Of a stretch of DNA of 44,718 nucleotides, positions 35,930 to 44,718 are shown one piece after another. The stretch is from an uncultured Flavobacteriales bacterium (lineage in GTDB: Bacteria > Bacteroidota > Bacteroidia > Flavobacteriales_D > Sanyastnellaceae): assembly GCA_937996585.1 (NCBI GenBank), contig CALKUW010000042.1:1-44718 (forward strand), given 5' to 3'. Positions within the stretch are counted from its first letter, which is position 1, and each line of letters opens with the position of its first letter. The notes under the pieces were generated by a model. The model ran no database searches. It was not told the origin of the DNA and saw only the letters and a list, made by a program, of their open reading frames with translations. A program made the position numbers and the translations under genes.

Positions 35930-36895
35930 TTACCGCATCTCGAGGATGCGCTCGACGAGTTCGTCGCCGATGCGGTCCTGGGCTTCGAGGGTGGCTGCCC
36001 CGATATGGGGGGTGAGGGCGAGCCCTTCCACCTTCAACAGGGTGGGGTCCGGCTTGGGCTCGCCGACGAAGACGTCCAGAGCGGCCCCGCGCAGGTGACC
36101 CGATTCAACAGCCGCGCGCACGGCTACCTCGTCCACCGTGCCCCCGCGGGCCGTATTGACGATCATGGCGCCCTGCTTCATGGCGGCCACACCTGCGGCA
36201 TCCAATACGGGGGAACCGTCGGCCTGGGCGGGAACATGGAAGGTCACGGCGTCCGCCTGTGCCAGCATCTCACTCATGGAGACCAATGGAATCTCCACGT
36301 CAATGTCATGCGTTCGGCCGCCACCGATGGGCACCTGCACCGAAACCGTCCGCGATGTGCCTTCGCGGTCCACACCGATGACGTTCATGCCACAGCCGAG
36401 GGCATACTGCGCCACAGCGGAGCCGATGCGTCCGAAACCGACGACGCCGAGGGTCTTGCCGCGCAGCTCAATCCCTTTGGCATAGGCCTTCTTCAGCACC
36501 TTGAAGTCCTCTGCGCCCCGCGCAGGCATCTCCTGGTAGCTGCGGTGCAGAGAACGCGCCATGGCAAACAGGTGGGCCATGACGAGCTCTGCCACGCTCT
36601 GGGAACTCGCGGCGGGAGTGTTGAAGACCACCTTGCCATTGTCGCGCGCGTATTGGACATCGATATTGTCCATGCCGACACCACCGCGGCCGATGAAACG
36701 CAGTCCGGGGCAGGCGTCGATGAGGTCCTGACGCACCTTGGTGGCGCTGCGCACGAGCAGGCCTTCATAGCCTTCGGCGTTGAGCACTTCGATGAGGCGA
36801 TCCTGCTCCACGTGGTCCGTGGTGACGATGACGCCTTGGGATTCGAGGGTGGACTTGGCCTTGTCTGAGATGCCGTCGTTGGCGAGCACTTTCAT
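35930..36895 (-). CDS. serA: D-3-phosphoglycerate dehydrogenase (short form, no ACT domain visible)
   Basis: 321 aa. The NAD-binding motif is GKTLGVVGFGRIGSAVAQ. NTARGGTVDE and TPHIGAAT are also present. The gene lies next to serC. Confidence 0.85.
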   Translation of the reverse strand: MKVLANDGISDKAKSTLESQGVIVTTDHVEQDRLIEVLNAEGYEGLLVRSATKVRQDLIDACPGLRFIGRGGVGMDNIDVQYARDNGKVVFNTPAASSQSVAELVMAHLFAMARSLHRSYQEMPARGAEDFKVLKKAYAKGIELRGKTLGVVGFGRIGSAVAQYALGCGMNVIGVDREGTSRTVSVQVPIGGGRTHDIDVEIPLVSMSEMLAQADAVTFHVPAQADGSPVLDAAGVAAMKQGAMIVNTARGGTVDEVAVRAAVESGHLRGAALDVFVGEPKPDPTLLKVEGLALTPHIGAATLEAQDRIGDELVERILEMR

Positions 36896-36934
36896 GGTAG
36901 CGGGGTCAATGGTGTTTTCAGTATGTCGGGAAGT

Positions 36935-38023
36935 TCAGCCGCGGGTGCGCTCGAATTCGCGCATCACTTCGACGAGGACCTCCACACTGGCCAGGGGCAG
37001 TGCATTGTACATGGAGGCGCGGAAACCTCCGACGGAACGGTGGCCCTTGATGCCACTGATGCCGGCTTCATCACATGCGGCAAGGAATGCTGAAGTGTGG
37101 GCATCATCCGCAGCGGTGAAGGTGGCGTTCATGACACTCCGCGATCCCGGGTCGGCAAATCCATTGAACAGGGGGTTCCGGTCAATTTCACCGTAGATGC
37201 AGGCGGCCTTGGCGGCGTTGCGGTCGCGGGCGCCTTCCACACCGCCATTGTCCTTGAGCCAACGCAGTGTGAGCATGCTCGTGTAGACGGCGAATACCGG
37301 AGGGGTGTTGAACATGCTGTCCTTGTCGGCGTGGACAGCGAGGTCCAGGTAGCTGGGAATGTCCCGTCCGGTCTTGCCGATCCGCTCGGTGTCGTAGATG
37401 TACAGCACGGTGCCTGCCGGCCCCATGTTCTTCTGTGCGCCGGCATAGATGCAGGCATACTTCTCGATGTCCACCGGACGGGAGAAAATGTCCGAGCTCA
37501 TATCGGCCACCATCGGTGTATCGATGACGGGGTCGGCGCCGTATTGGGTACCGTAGATGGTATTGTTCGTGGTGATGTGCACGAAGTCGGCTGCAGAAGA
37601 GGAGGGCAATGCCGGAATCCGGTCGAAGCCCGTCTCCTCACTGGAGGACAGGGCTTGGGCACCGCCGATCCGCTTGGCTTCCTTCAGGGCCTTCTTGGCC
37701 CAGGTGCCGGTTACGGCATAGTCCATGCTTCCTCCTTCGGGAATGAAGTTCATGGCTGCCGTCAGGAACCCGAGGCTGGCCCCGCCCTGCAGGAAGAGCA
37801 CCTCGTAGCGGCCCGGCAGGTTGAGTTCGCTGCGCACCAGGCTGCGCGCCTCTTCCATGATGTCGACGAACGCCTTGCTCCGGTGGGAAATCTCAATCAG
37901 GCTCAGTCCCATTCCATCCAGGTCGTGCACCGCCTGGGAAGCTTGCGAGAGAACGGACGGCGGCAGGATGCAGGGGCCTGCCGAGAAGTTGTGGATGGCT
38001 TGGGTCATCGTGGACATCATCAT
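36935..38023 (-). CDS. serC: 3-phosphoserine aminotransferase
   Basis: 362 aa. The motifs are HNFSAGPCILPPSVL, LSLIEISHRSKAF, LFLQGGASLGF and AGAQKNMGPAGT (PLP lysine region). Confidence 0.95.
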   Translation of the reverse strand: MMMSTMTQAIHNFSAGPCILPPSVLSQASQAVHDLDGMGLSLIEISHRSKAFVDIMEEARSLVRSELNLPGRYEVLFLQGGASLGFLTAAMNFIPEGGSMDYAVTGTWAKKALKEAKRIGGAQALSSSEETGFDRIPALPSSSAADFVHITTNNTIYGTQYGADPVIDTPMVADMSSDIFSRPVDIEKYACIYAGAQKNMGPAGTVLYIYDTERIGKTGRDIPSYLDLAVHADKDSMFNTPPVFAVYTSMLTLRWLKDNGGVEGARDRNAAKAACIYGEIDRNPLFNGFADPGSRSVMNATFTAADDAHTSAFLAACDEAGISGIKGHRSVGGFRASMYNALPLASVEVLVEVMREFERTRG

Positions 38024-38030
38024 GCGATTT

Positions 38031-38059
38031 CAAATTCAAAACAACCGGAACACCGGTTG
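38031..38059 (-). terminator. Rho-independent terminator after the DUF4476-like gene
   Basis: The minus strand reads CAACCGG-tgtt-CCGGTTG (7-bp stem) followed by TTTTGAATTTG. Confidence 0.6.
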
Positions 38060-38110
38060 CGTTCATCAGCGGTCAAATTGGAGTTGCCAACAGGATAGAC
38101 ACGGTGCAGG

Positions 38111-38791
38111 TCAAGGTCGATTTACGGCCCATTCCAAAAAATGCGCCCGGTAGCGCTGGGAGGAAAAAACCGATTGCAGGCCCTCAAATCCAGAGGGGTT
38201 GGCGCAGGGTGTGGACTGCACCAGCAACAATTTTCTTTCCTCGTCATCGAAGGCGGATGCACACCGCTCGATCTGCACCGTTGTCAAGCACTGGTTTTCG
38301 AGCCAGGGCATCAAAAAGGCGAAGCGCGATGACTCGAATGGTTCGGACATGGCCCGTTCCAGCTGGCGATCGAGTTGCCATTCCGGAAGGGTCGGGAAGC
38401 ATCCCTTCTCGCCGGTCATCCATTGGGCGGCTGTGGTGTCAACGCCCATGACCATCACCACTCCCACGGTGTCGGAAGACAAAACGAAAGAAACCGAGTC
38501 CTGCCAGTGGGGTAGCGTATGAGAGAATTGGAGCTGTCCCATGTTCCCTAAGGCCCAGATGTTGATGTGCTGCTCACTGCCCACCCACGCTTCCAGGCTG
38601 TCGCCAGCCTGAAGGGCCCGTGCACCCCATTCGAGGTGAACCTCCGGAGCCGAGGTCGATGAATCGGTCCAGGTGGAGACCCAACCCGATACATGGACCG
38701 AGTCCAAAGGGTGGGATTGGCCATGCAGGCTGCCGGTGATCATCAGCGTCACGACAACCATGTATGGGGAAAAGCGCAATCCGAGCGGCAT
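38111..38791 (-). CDS. Secreted hypothetical protein, C-terminal DUF4476-like region
   Basis: 226 aa with a hydrophobic N-terminus (MVVVTLMITGSLHGQ). The C-terminal stretch FESSRFAFLMPWLENQCLTTVQIERCASAFDDEERKLLLV...FSSQRYRAHFLEW resembles DUF4476. This is a low-certainty recollection. Confidence 0.5.
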   Translation of the reverse strand: MPLGLRFSPYMVVVTLMITGSLHGQSHPLDSVHVSGWVSTWTDSSTSAPEVHLEWGARALQAGDSLEAWVGSEQHINIWALGNMGQLQFSHTLPHWQDSVSFVLSSDTVGVVMVMGVDTTAAQWMTGEKGCFPTLPEWQLDRQLERAMSEPFESSRFAFLMPWLENQCLTTVQIERCASAFDDEERKLLLVQSTPCANPSGFEGLQSVFSSQRYRAHFLEWAVNRP

Positions 38792-38815
38792 GGGGCCGCA
38801 AAAATAGGATGGTGC

Positions 38816-40324
38816 TCAGTGTTCGTTGCCGTCGCCGGGCATCCACCGCTCCCGAAGGGCCGCCACAGGGATGCGTCTTGCCAATTGTCCGAGGATGTCA
38901 TTGTTCCCCTCGCGCAGGGAGTTCGGGACGAGCAGGGCCCAACCCAAGGTGCCCGCGGCAGCGGCTCCCATGCCCGCGCCGAGGCGAACCAACCAGTGTG
39001 CCTCCAGCCAGAACGCCACCGGGAAAGCGGCAGCAAAGCAGGCAAAACCCAGGATGAGTCCAGGCCGCATGGCACTGAGAAGGGTGCCGGGGTTCACATG
39101 AAGCCGTGACGCACAGAGGGCGAGCATGGCCACGGCCTGAAGCAGCGTGGACAGCACCACGCCCCAAGCGAGCACCTCGAAACCGTGCAGGTAGCCGAAG
39201 TAGGCCGAAATGCCCAGCCCGCCGCAGAACGCGGCCTTGATGATGGAAGCCGGGGCGATCATGTCCATGGCCCGCACGGTCGCGTCGCACACCTTGATCC
39301 AGCTTCGGAGGAAGACGGCGGTGTAAAGGATGCGGACGATGGGCACCGTTGGCAGCAGTTTCTCGTCGAGCAGGGCGAGGACGATTTCCTCGGTGAACAG
39401 TTCGAGCAGCACCACACCGGGCAACACGAGGCAAGCCGTGAAATACAGCCCGCCGACGAAGATGCCCCTGAGCTTCTCCCGGGCATCCTGGACTTCGCTC
39501 ATGCTGCTGAAGAGCACACTGTCCGACAATTTGCCCAGCAGCGTGATGGGCAGGGTCATCAGGTAATTCGACCTGTCATAGATGCCCTGGTCTGCGTTGC
39601 GATCCGCAGGCAGGAACCGGCCGAGGACGAGCACGTCCAAACGGGAGGCGGCGTAATTGAGGAAGTTGAAGACCGTGCTGGAGGCGCCGTACCGGAACAG
39701 GGCGACGGCGGGCTTCAGGTCGGGGGCTTGCAGGCGCACACCTGCGCGCCACCAGTAATTCAGTCCGAGCAGGGTATTCTGGGCGAGCAGTGCCACGGCA
39801 TAAGCATACACCCCCCAACCGTTGTACGCCGCGACAATGCCGATGACGCCGTTGCCGATGGGCATGGCGATCAGCGAGGACCAGAAAAGGCTCCTGAAAT
39901 CCATCCGGCGGATGAGCAGGGAACGCGGGACGAGTGCCAGCCCGGCCAGGGGAAAGCTCAATGCAATCAGGCGGAGCAGGGAAACGAGGTCCTCCCGGTG
40001 GTAGAAACTAGCGATGGCGGGTGCAGTGGCATAGGTGGCGAGTCCGAAGGCCAGCCCCAGCAACAGGGACACCCAGAAGGCCGATGATATCTGGTCGGCA
40101 CGCAAATCCTGCCGTTGGATCAGGGACGGTCCCACACCGAGTTGCGCGAAGATCTCAATGATGCCGATGACCCCGAGGGCAATGCCCATGATGCCCCATT
40201 CACCCTCGGAAAGGAAGATGGAGAGGGCCTTGATGAAAGCCAATTGGAAGAGCACCTGGAACCCTACGTTGAGGGTCTGCCAGCTCACGGAGCGGGCAAG
40301 GCGGCCTTCCTGGGCTGTGCTCAT
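38816..40324 (-). CDS. MOP-superfamily polysaccharide/oligosaccharide flippase (Wzx-like)
   Basis: 502 aa and polytopic throughout. The N-terminus [39 protein letters not shown] is typical of polysaccharide biosynthesis (Wzx/PST) proteins. It has an ATGA overlap with rny. Confidence 0.75.
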   Translation of the reverse strand: MSTAQEGRLARSVSWQTLNVGFQVLFQLAFIKALSIFLSEGEWGIMGIALGVIGIIEIFAQLGVGPSLIQRQDLRADQISSAFWVSLLLGLAFGLATYATAPAIASFYHREDLVSLLRLIALSFPLAGLALVPRSLLIRRMDFRSLFWSSLIAMPIGNGVIGIVAAYNGWGVYAYAVALLAQNTLLGLNYWWRAGVRLQAPDLKPAVALFRYGASSTVFNFLNYAASRLDVLVLGRFLPADRNADQGIYDRSNYLMTLPITLLGKLSDSVLFSSMSEVQDAREKLRGIFVGGLYFTACLVLPGVVLLELFTEEIVLALLDEKLLPTVPIVRILYTAVFLRSWIKVCDATVRAMDMIAPASIIKAAFCGGLGISAYFGYLHGFEVLAWGVVLSTLLQAVAMLALCASRLHVNPGTLLSAMRPGLILGFACFAAAFPVAFWLEAHWLVRLGAGMGAAAAGTLGWALLVPNSLREGNNDILGQLARRIPVAALRERWMPGDGNEH

Positions 40325-41862
40325 TTGGCCACGCTGACGGCGCGGGTCTCACGGATCACGGTCACTTTGACCTGACCGGGATAGGTCATCTCGTTCATGA
40401 TGCGCTGCGAGATGTTGAAGCTGATCTGCTCGGCCATCTCGTCATTGACCTGGTCGCTCTCCACCATGACGCGCAGCTCGCGGCCGGCCTGTATGGCATA
40501 GCTCTGTGTCACACCAGGCTGCTCCAGGGCGATGTTCTCCAAGTCCTTGAGGCGTTGGATGTAGCTCTCGACCACCTCGCGGCGCGCACCGGGACGGGCC
40601 CCTGAAATGGCGTCGCAGACCTGCACGATGGGGGAGATGAGGGAGGTCATCTCAATCTCGTCGTGGTGGGCACCGATGGCGTTCAGCACGTCGGGCCGTT
40701 CCCCTGCCTTCTCGGCGAGCTTCATCCCGAGGATGGCGTGCGGCAACTCGCTCTCCTCATCGCTGACCTTGCCGATGTCATGCAGCAACCCGGCCCGCTT
40801 GGCCGCCTTGGTGTCGAGCCCGAGTTCAGCGGCCATCGTGGCGCACAGGTTGGCGACCTCGCGGCTGTGCTGCAGCAGGTTCTGTCCGTAGCTAGAGCGG
40901 TACTTCATCCGGCCCACCATGCGGACGAGCGCATTCGACATGTTGGGGATGCCCAGGTCGATGACGGTGCGCTTGCCCGTCTGCAGGATTTCCTCCTCGA
41001 TTTTCCGGGTGGTCTTGCCCACGACTTCCTCGATGCGGGCCGGGTGGATGCGCCCGTCGCTCACCAGTTGGTGCAGGCTCAGGCGGGCGATCTCACGGCG
41101 GACCGGGTCGAAGCAGCTGATGATGATGGCTTCCGGGGTGTCGTCGACGATGAACTCCACGCCGGTGGCCGCCTCGAGGGCGCGGATGTTGCGGCCTTCG
41201 CGGCCGATGATGCGCCCTTTGATGTCATCGCTGCCAATGTTGAAGACCGACACGCTGTTCTCGATGGCGTGCTCCGTGGCGACCCGCTGGATGGTCTGGA
41301 TCACCACTTTCTTGGCATCCTGGTTGGCCTTGGCGCGGGCATCGTCCAGGATGTCCTGCACCTGTTGGGCAGCCATGGCCCGGGCGTCGCCCAGGATCTG
41401 CTCCACGAGCTCCTCCTTGGCGGCGTCCACGGACATGCCGGCGGCCTCAGAGAGCAGCTTCGCGGCCTGGGCCTGTGTTTTCTCCAGCTCCTTGCCCTTG
41501 GCTTCGTTGGCCTTCAGGCGGGATTGCAGGGTCTCCTCGTCGCGCTTCAGTCTCTTGCGCTTGTCCTGCAGCTGCTGCTCTTCGCGCTTCAGGTTGCGCT
41601 CCTCGTTCTTCAGTTTGTCTTCGAGGGCCTGGACCTTGCTGTTGCGGGATTTGATCTCTCGGCCGTGCTCTTCCTTGAGCTTGAGGAACTTCTCCTTGGC
41701 CTGGAGGATCTTCTTCTCCTTGATGTTTTCGCCTTTCTGCTCGGCTTCCTTCAAGACTTGCTCAGCCTTGGATTGCAGAACCCGATTGAGGATGGCGTAA
41801 GCGATGCCGCCTCCGACGATAAGGCCGGCGAGGGCACCGATGATGTATGGGGTAGGTTCCAT
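40321..41862 (-). CDS. rny: Ribonuclease Y
   Basis: 513 aa. The domain order is an N-terminal TM segment, a coiled coil, a KH domain ([23 protein letters not shown]) and an HD domain ([14 protein letters not shown]). Confidence 0.96.
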   Translation of the reverse strand: MEPTPYIIGALAGLIVGGGIAYAILNRVLQSKAEQVLKEAEQKGENIKEKKILQAKEKFLKLKEEHGREIKSRNSKVQALEDKLKNEERNLKREEQQLQDKRKRLKRDEETLQSRLKANEAKGKELEKTQAQAAKLLSEAAGMSVDAAKEELVEQILGDARAMAAQQVQDILDDARAKANQDAKKVVIQTIQRVATEHAIENSVSVFNIGSDDIKGRIIGREGRNIRALEAATGVEFIVDDTPEAIIISCFDPVRREIARLSLHQLVSDGRIHPARIEEVVGKTTRKIEEEILQTGKRTVIDLGIPNMSNALVRMVGRMKYRSSYGQNLLQHSREVANLCATMAAELGLDTKAAKRAGLLHDIGKVSDEESELPHAILGMKLAEKAGERPDVLNAIGAHHDEIEMTSLISPIVQVCDAISGARPGARREVVESYIQRLKDLENIALEQPGVTQSYAIQAGRELRVMVESDQVNDEMAEQISFNISQRIMNEMTYPGQVKVTVIRETRAVSVAK

Positions 41863-41866
41863 GAGG

Positions 41867-42196
41867 TCAGGGGGTTGGTCCCTGTCCTTCCTCCGATTGG
41901 ACGCCCGCTTGGGCCAGCAGGGACCGTACCTCTTCCAGTCCGTCGAACAGTTCCGCAGGAATACCGGCGGGTTCGGGCGTTTCAGAAAGGGAATGTCCTG
42001 CTTGGTCGCTGAGCAACTGAAGTGCCGCCATGGCGATCAGGTCCTGGCGGTCCGATACGCCGTAATCGCGCTGGAACCGTTGCACCAGTTCATCGATCCT
42101 GCCTGCAGCATCACGCACGCTCTTGGCTTCACCTTCCGCTACGGTCAGCGGATAGGTGCGCCCGGCGATGGTGACCTGTATGGAGGATTCGTTCAT
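41867..42196 (-). CDS. zapA: Cell division protein ZapA
   Basis: 109 aa, beginning [37 protein letters not shown] and followed by [10 protein letters not shown]. Confidence 0.85.
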   Translation of the reverse strand: MNESSIQVTIAGRTYPLTVAEGEAKSVRDAAGRIDELVQRFQRDYGVSDRQDLIAMAALQLLSDQAGHSLSETPEPAGIPAELFDGLEEVRSLLAQAGVQSEEGQGPTP

Positions 42197-42585
42197 GCGG
42201 AGAGGGCTTCGACAGTGGCCCGGTCATGGGTGATGGGCATCAGGGCAATGCAGGCGTCGATTTCCTCGACCAGGGCCCGAATGCGCTCTCCCACGGCGGG
42301 ATTGCTGGAGGGGACAGGGGTGATGGGGGTGGGGATGGAGGCCGCCTCGGCTTTCTCCTGGGCACACTCGGCCAGGGAGGTTTCGAGGTCGCTGATGCGT
42401 TCCACCAGACGGGCATTTTCCGCCAACAGCCGATTGCGCTCTGCAATCAGGCCCGTTGTCCTCTTCTTGATGTCTTCGAGCACTTCGCCCAGCAGGGCGA
42501 CGTCGGAATGCCGGTTCTCTTCCACGAACTCAAATTTAATCAGGGGCTTCGAGGGGAAGACGCCACCGGGGTAATTTGCGAACAT
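42193..42585 (-). CDS. Coiled-coil protein upstream of zapA (possible division-associated partner)
   Basis: The track ORF extends to 42840 and overlaps the M23 gene. The credible starts are ATG 42585 and GTG 42525. The central heptad-like region is LIAERNRLLAENARLVERISDLETSLAECAQEKAEAA. It has an ATGA overlap with zapA. Confidence 0.55.
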   Translation of the reverse strand: MFANYPGGVFPSKPLIKFEFVEENRHSDVALLGEVLEDIKKRTTGLIAERNRLLAENARLVERISDLETSLAECAQEKAEAASIPTPITPVPSSNPAVGERIRALVEEIDACIALMPITHDRATVEALSA

Positions 42586-42595
42586 GGGAACGGGA

Positions 42596-44239
42596 ATGAA
42601 TCGAAAGTGGGCCGGATTTGGAGCTGTGATGGGGCTTGTTTTTGCCGTGGGTGTTGAGGCGGGAGCGCAGGACACATTGCATTCCCCATTGGCGATTCCC
42701 CTGCAGTTCAGCGGAAATTTCGGTGAAATTCGAACGGGGCATTTCCATACCGGGATGGACATCCGAACTGGCGGAGTTGAAGGGGTTCCCGTCCTCGCCG
42801 CACAATCTGGAAGCATCAGCAGGGTCAAGGTATCCGACAAGGGGTATGGTCTTGCGCTTTATCTGGATGGGGAGGGTTTGACCACCGTCTACGCCCACCT
42901 TTCAGCCTTCCATCCGGACATCGAGCAGTGGCTCAAATCCACCCAGTACGCTGAGGAATCATGGGCCTTCGATGGGCCTCCTGGCAAGGCCTTCGCATTC
43001 GAAGCGGGTGACACCATCGGATGGAGCGGCAATTCCGGCCGGAGTTTCGGACCCCACCTGCACTTCGAGGTGCGGGACCAGCGCACCCAATGGCCGATCA
43101 ATCCCCTGCATTGGACCCTGATAGGCGATGGCATGAGCGAGGACAATGTTCCACCCGAATTCCGCGGTGTCTGGTTCCTGCCGGAAGCGCCCGCGATGGT
43201 CGAGGGCGCTCAGGAGCGGTTCCGATGGAGCCCGGCCTATGGCGATCAGGTGCGGGTTTCCGGTCCTTTCCGCCTTGGGGTTGAGGCCTTCGACCGATTG
43301 GACGGGGAGCCCTTCACCCACGGACCCTACGGCATCGATGTCTACCTCGACAGCGTGCTCCTGCACAGCCACCGCATGGATACGCTGGATTTCAGCACGA
43401 ACAAGGATGTATCGGCCCATGTGGACATCGCGGCATGGCAGGACCGCAAATCGCGGGTGCACCGCTTGCATCGCCTGCCGGGCAACCGCCTGGACATCTA
43501 CCGCAAGGCCGGCGGAATGGAACCGCTGGTGCTGGCGCCTGGCGACAGTGCACGGCTCGAGGTCGTGGTCATGGACCTTAGCGGCAACACCTCCCGCGCG
43601 GAAGTCCGATTGATTGGTGACAGCCTCGAGATCGACAGCGCAGGCGCAGTCCCGGCGCTCCTCGACCACCGCAAGGCCCATCGGCTCACCAAAGGCCGGA
43701 TCACGGTGGAGCTGCCGGCCCAATCCCTGTATGGGGATGCGGCCATTGAGTTGGTCGACGATTCTTCAGACGTATTCTCCGTCCTGTCGGAGGCCAGGTT
43801 GACGCGCAGCGCCTTCACGCTGGGCGTACCCGTTCCGGATGCATGGGCGGGGAGCGGCGATCCGCTTGTCCTGTGCGCATTGGATGATGAAGGAGAGGTC
43901 CTGGGAACCTGGGTGGGTGACGAACGACACGGGAGGATGACGGCGAAGATCAAGGAGTTCGGCCGGTTCGAGGTGCGGGCGGATACGGTACCGCCCTTGC
44001 TGGGGGCGCCGCGTCTGGAAGACGGGCGCTTGAAGCTGACCATTTCCGATGAGCTCTCGGGCATCCAACGCTGGGAAGGCCGCTGTGGTGACCGCTGGAT
44101 GCGCTTCGGTTGGGAAAAGGGGCAGCTGGTGCACCCCGTTGAGGACAACATCCTCGTGCCGGGGGGGGAGATCAAGGTCTGGGCGGTGGATGCGGCCGGC
44201 AACATCGGCCACACGACATTCCGTTGGCCCCTGCGCTGA
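42596..44239 (+). CDS. M23/LytM-family metallopeptidase (murein endopeptidase-like), secreted
   Basis: The motifs are HFHTGMDIRT and GNSGRSFGPHLHFEVRD. The signal peptide starts at ATG 42596 (MNRKWAGFGAVMGLVFAVGVEAGAQ), with an alternative ATG at 42584. The near-consensus -7 motif gTAATTTG ends 17 nt upstream of 42596. Confidence 0.88.
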   Translation: MNRKWAGFGAVMGLVFAVGVEAGAQDTLHSPLAIPLQFSGNFGEIRTGHFHTGMDIRTGGVEGVPVLAAQSGSISRVKVSDKGYGLALYLDGEGLTTVYAHLSAFHPDIEQWLKSTQYAEESWAFDGPPGKAFAFEAGDTIGWSGNSGRSFGPHLHFEVRDQRTQWPINPLHWTLIGDGMSEDNVPPEFRGVWFLPEAPAMVEGAQERFRWSPAYGDQVRVSGPFRLGVEAFDRLDGEPFTHGPYGIDVYLDSVLLHSHRMDTLDFSTNKDVSAHVDIAAWQDRKSRVHRLHRLPGNRLDIYRKAGGMEPLVLAPGDSARLEVVVMDLSGNTSRAEVRLIGDSLEIDSAGAVPALLDHRKAHRLTKGRITVELPAQSLYGDAAIELVDDSSDVFSVLSEARLTRSAFTLGVPVPDAWAGSGDPLVLCALDDEGEVLGTWVGDERHGRMTAKIKEFGRFEVRADTVPPLLGAPRLEDGRLKLTISDELSGIQRWEGRCGDRWMRFGWEKGQLVHPVEDNILVPGGEIKVWAVDAAGNIGHTTFRWPLR

Positions 44240-44240
44240 A

Positions 44241-44718
44241 TCAGCGCCGCCCCGTCAGATCCGCGTAATCGAGGAAGTAGATGGCCTTGAAGGAGAAGCT
44301 GTTCCTGTGGGGCGTCCGGAGAACGTCCTCTAGGTTGTCCGCATAGGTGTCCGGCAACAGGTCGCCCTGGCTCTCCAGCAGGTTCTTCCAGACGATGGAC
44401 AGTTCGCTCCCCGGAGCGAAAATCCAGCGGAAGACGCAGTCGATGGACCACGCATTGTAGCTGATGTCGTAGATGGAAGTGCCCTCTTCGGTGAGGGTGA
44501 TCTCCTCCGTGGGGTCGAGCAGGCCGTCATCAGCCAACCAGTAGAACCGGTCATTCTCGACCCGGCTCCAGTAGTGCCGCAGGCGGAAGGTGATGCCCTT
44601 GCGGTTGTCGAGGACGTAGCTCGCATTGAGGACATGGGTCCGGGAGTAGTTGTTGCGCTTGGCCCACAGGCTCCGCACTTCGTCCAGCTGGGTTCCGTCC
44701 GGCAGGCTGTCCAGCAAG
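44241..44718 (-). CDS. C-terminal fragment of a large beta-rich (DUF5916-like, outer-membrane or carbohydrate-binding associated) protein; the 5' end lies outside the window
   Basis: The frame is open to the window edge. Alternating aromatic and hydrophobic strands are visible (ITFRLRHYWSRV, SIDCVFRWIFAPGSELSIVWKN, NSFSFKAIYFLDY). The family assignment comes from memory only. Confidence 0.45.
   Translation of the reverse strand, partial: LLDSLPDGTQLDEVRSLWAKRNNYSRTHVLNASYVLDNRKGITFRLRHYWSRVENDRFYWLADDGLLDPTEEITLTEEGTSIYDISYNAWSIDCVFRWIFAPGSELSIVWKNLLESQGDLLPDTYADNLEDVLRTPHRNSFSFKAIYFLDYADLTGRR

Noticed and set aside
40663-42012. A 449-aa plus-strand ORF, and ORF 40919..41800 (+).
   Set aside because: Both are antisense to rny, which has KH and HD motifs, and to zapA. 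The translations are repetitive and L/G/D/A/V/Q-rich.
42531-42538. An exact minus-strand TAAATTTG promoter motif inside the coiled-coil ORF.
   Set aside because: It is not listed as a feature. It lies only 5 nt from the nearest candidate start (GTG 42525) and may simply reflect the codons LIKFE. It is kept only as part of the start-codon ambiguity finding.
1-44718. A search for tRNA, rRNA, CRISPR repeats, IS elements, integrases, and toxin-antitoxin or known defence genes.
   Set aside because: Only three intergenic gaps are long enough for an RNA gene (1132-1330, 22548-22754 and 31199-31530), and none shows a tRNA T-loop or acceptor pattern. I saw no direct-repeat/spacer array and no transposase- or recombinase-like ORF.

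Overview
This is a GC-rich, densely coding chromosomal segment. Several features point to Bacteroidota: T9SS-type C-terminal sorting domains, a MoxR-DUF58-BatA-E aerotolerance operon, TAnnTTTG promoter motifs, and a serC-serA-DUF1015 cluster. I support about 40 protein genes and found no rRNA, tRNA, CRISPR array, transposase or integrase. Layout from left to right: (1) 1-1972, a bacterial nitric oxide synthase oxygenase gene that is missing from the ORF track because it runs off the window, divergent from a beta-carbonic anhydrase. (2) 1994-12249, a cluster of secreted-protein genes: a BNR/sialidase-like protein, a multi-module GH13 amylase, an OB-fold protein, an M1 metallopeptidase, a His-rich protein, and a deiodinase-like/TSP3-repeat protein. 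Three of these carry T9SS sorting domains. (3) 12333-20830, a tightly coupled Bat/MoxR operon with apparent BatB-BatC and BatD-BatE fusions. (4) 20937-31198, housekeeping genes: a MazG-like gene, a hotdog thioesterase, thrS-infC-rpmI-rplT, a TPR lipoprotein, recA, bcp and priA. (5) 31199-33707, the most unusual locus. The largest non-coding gap in the window holds an AT-rich promoter-like patch, a 33-codon Cys-rich sORF and a strong terminator. A translationally coupled ATP-grasp ligase and MSOX/SolA-like flavin oxidase pair follows. (6) 33713-44718: yggS, DUF1015, serA, serC, a DUF4476-like protein, a Wzx-like flippase, rny, zapA, an M23 peptidase and a partial beta-barrel-like protein. Many long ORFs in the track are antisense artefacts of the high GC content and are rejected below. 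All functional calls come from motifs I read in the translations. No database search was run.
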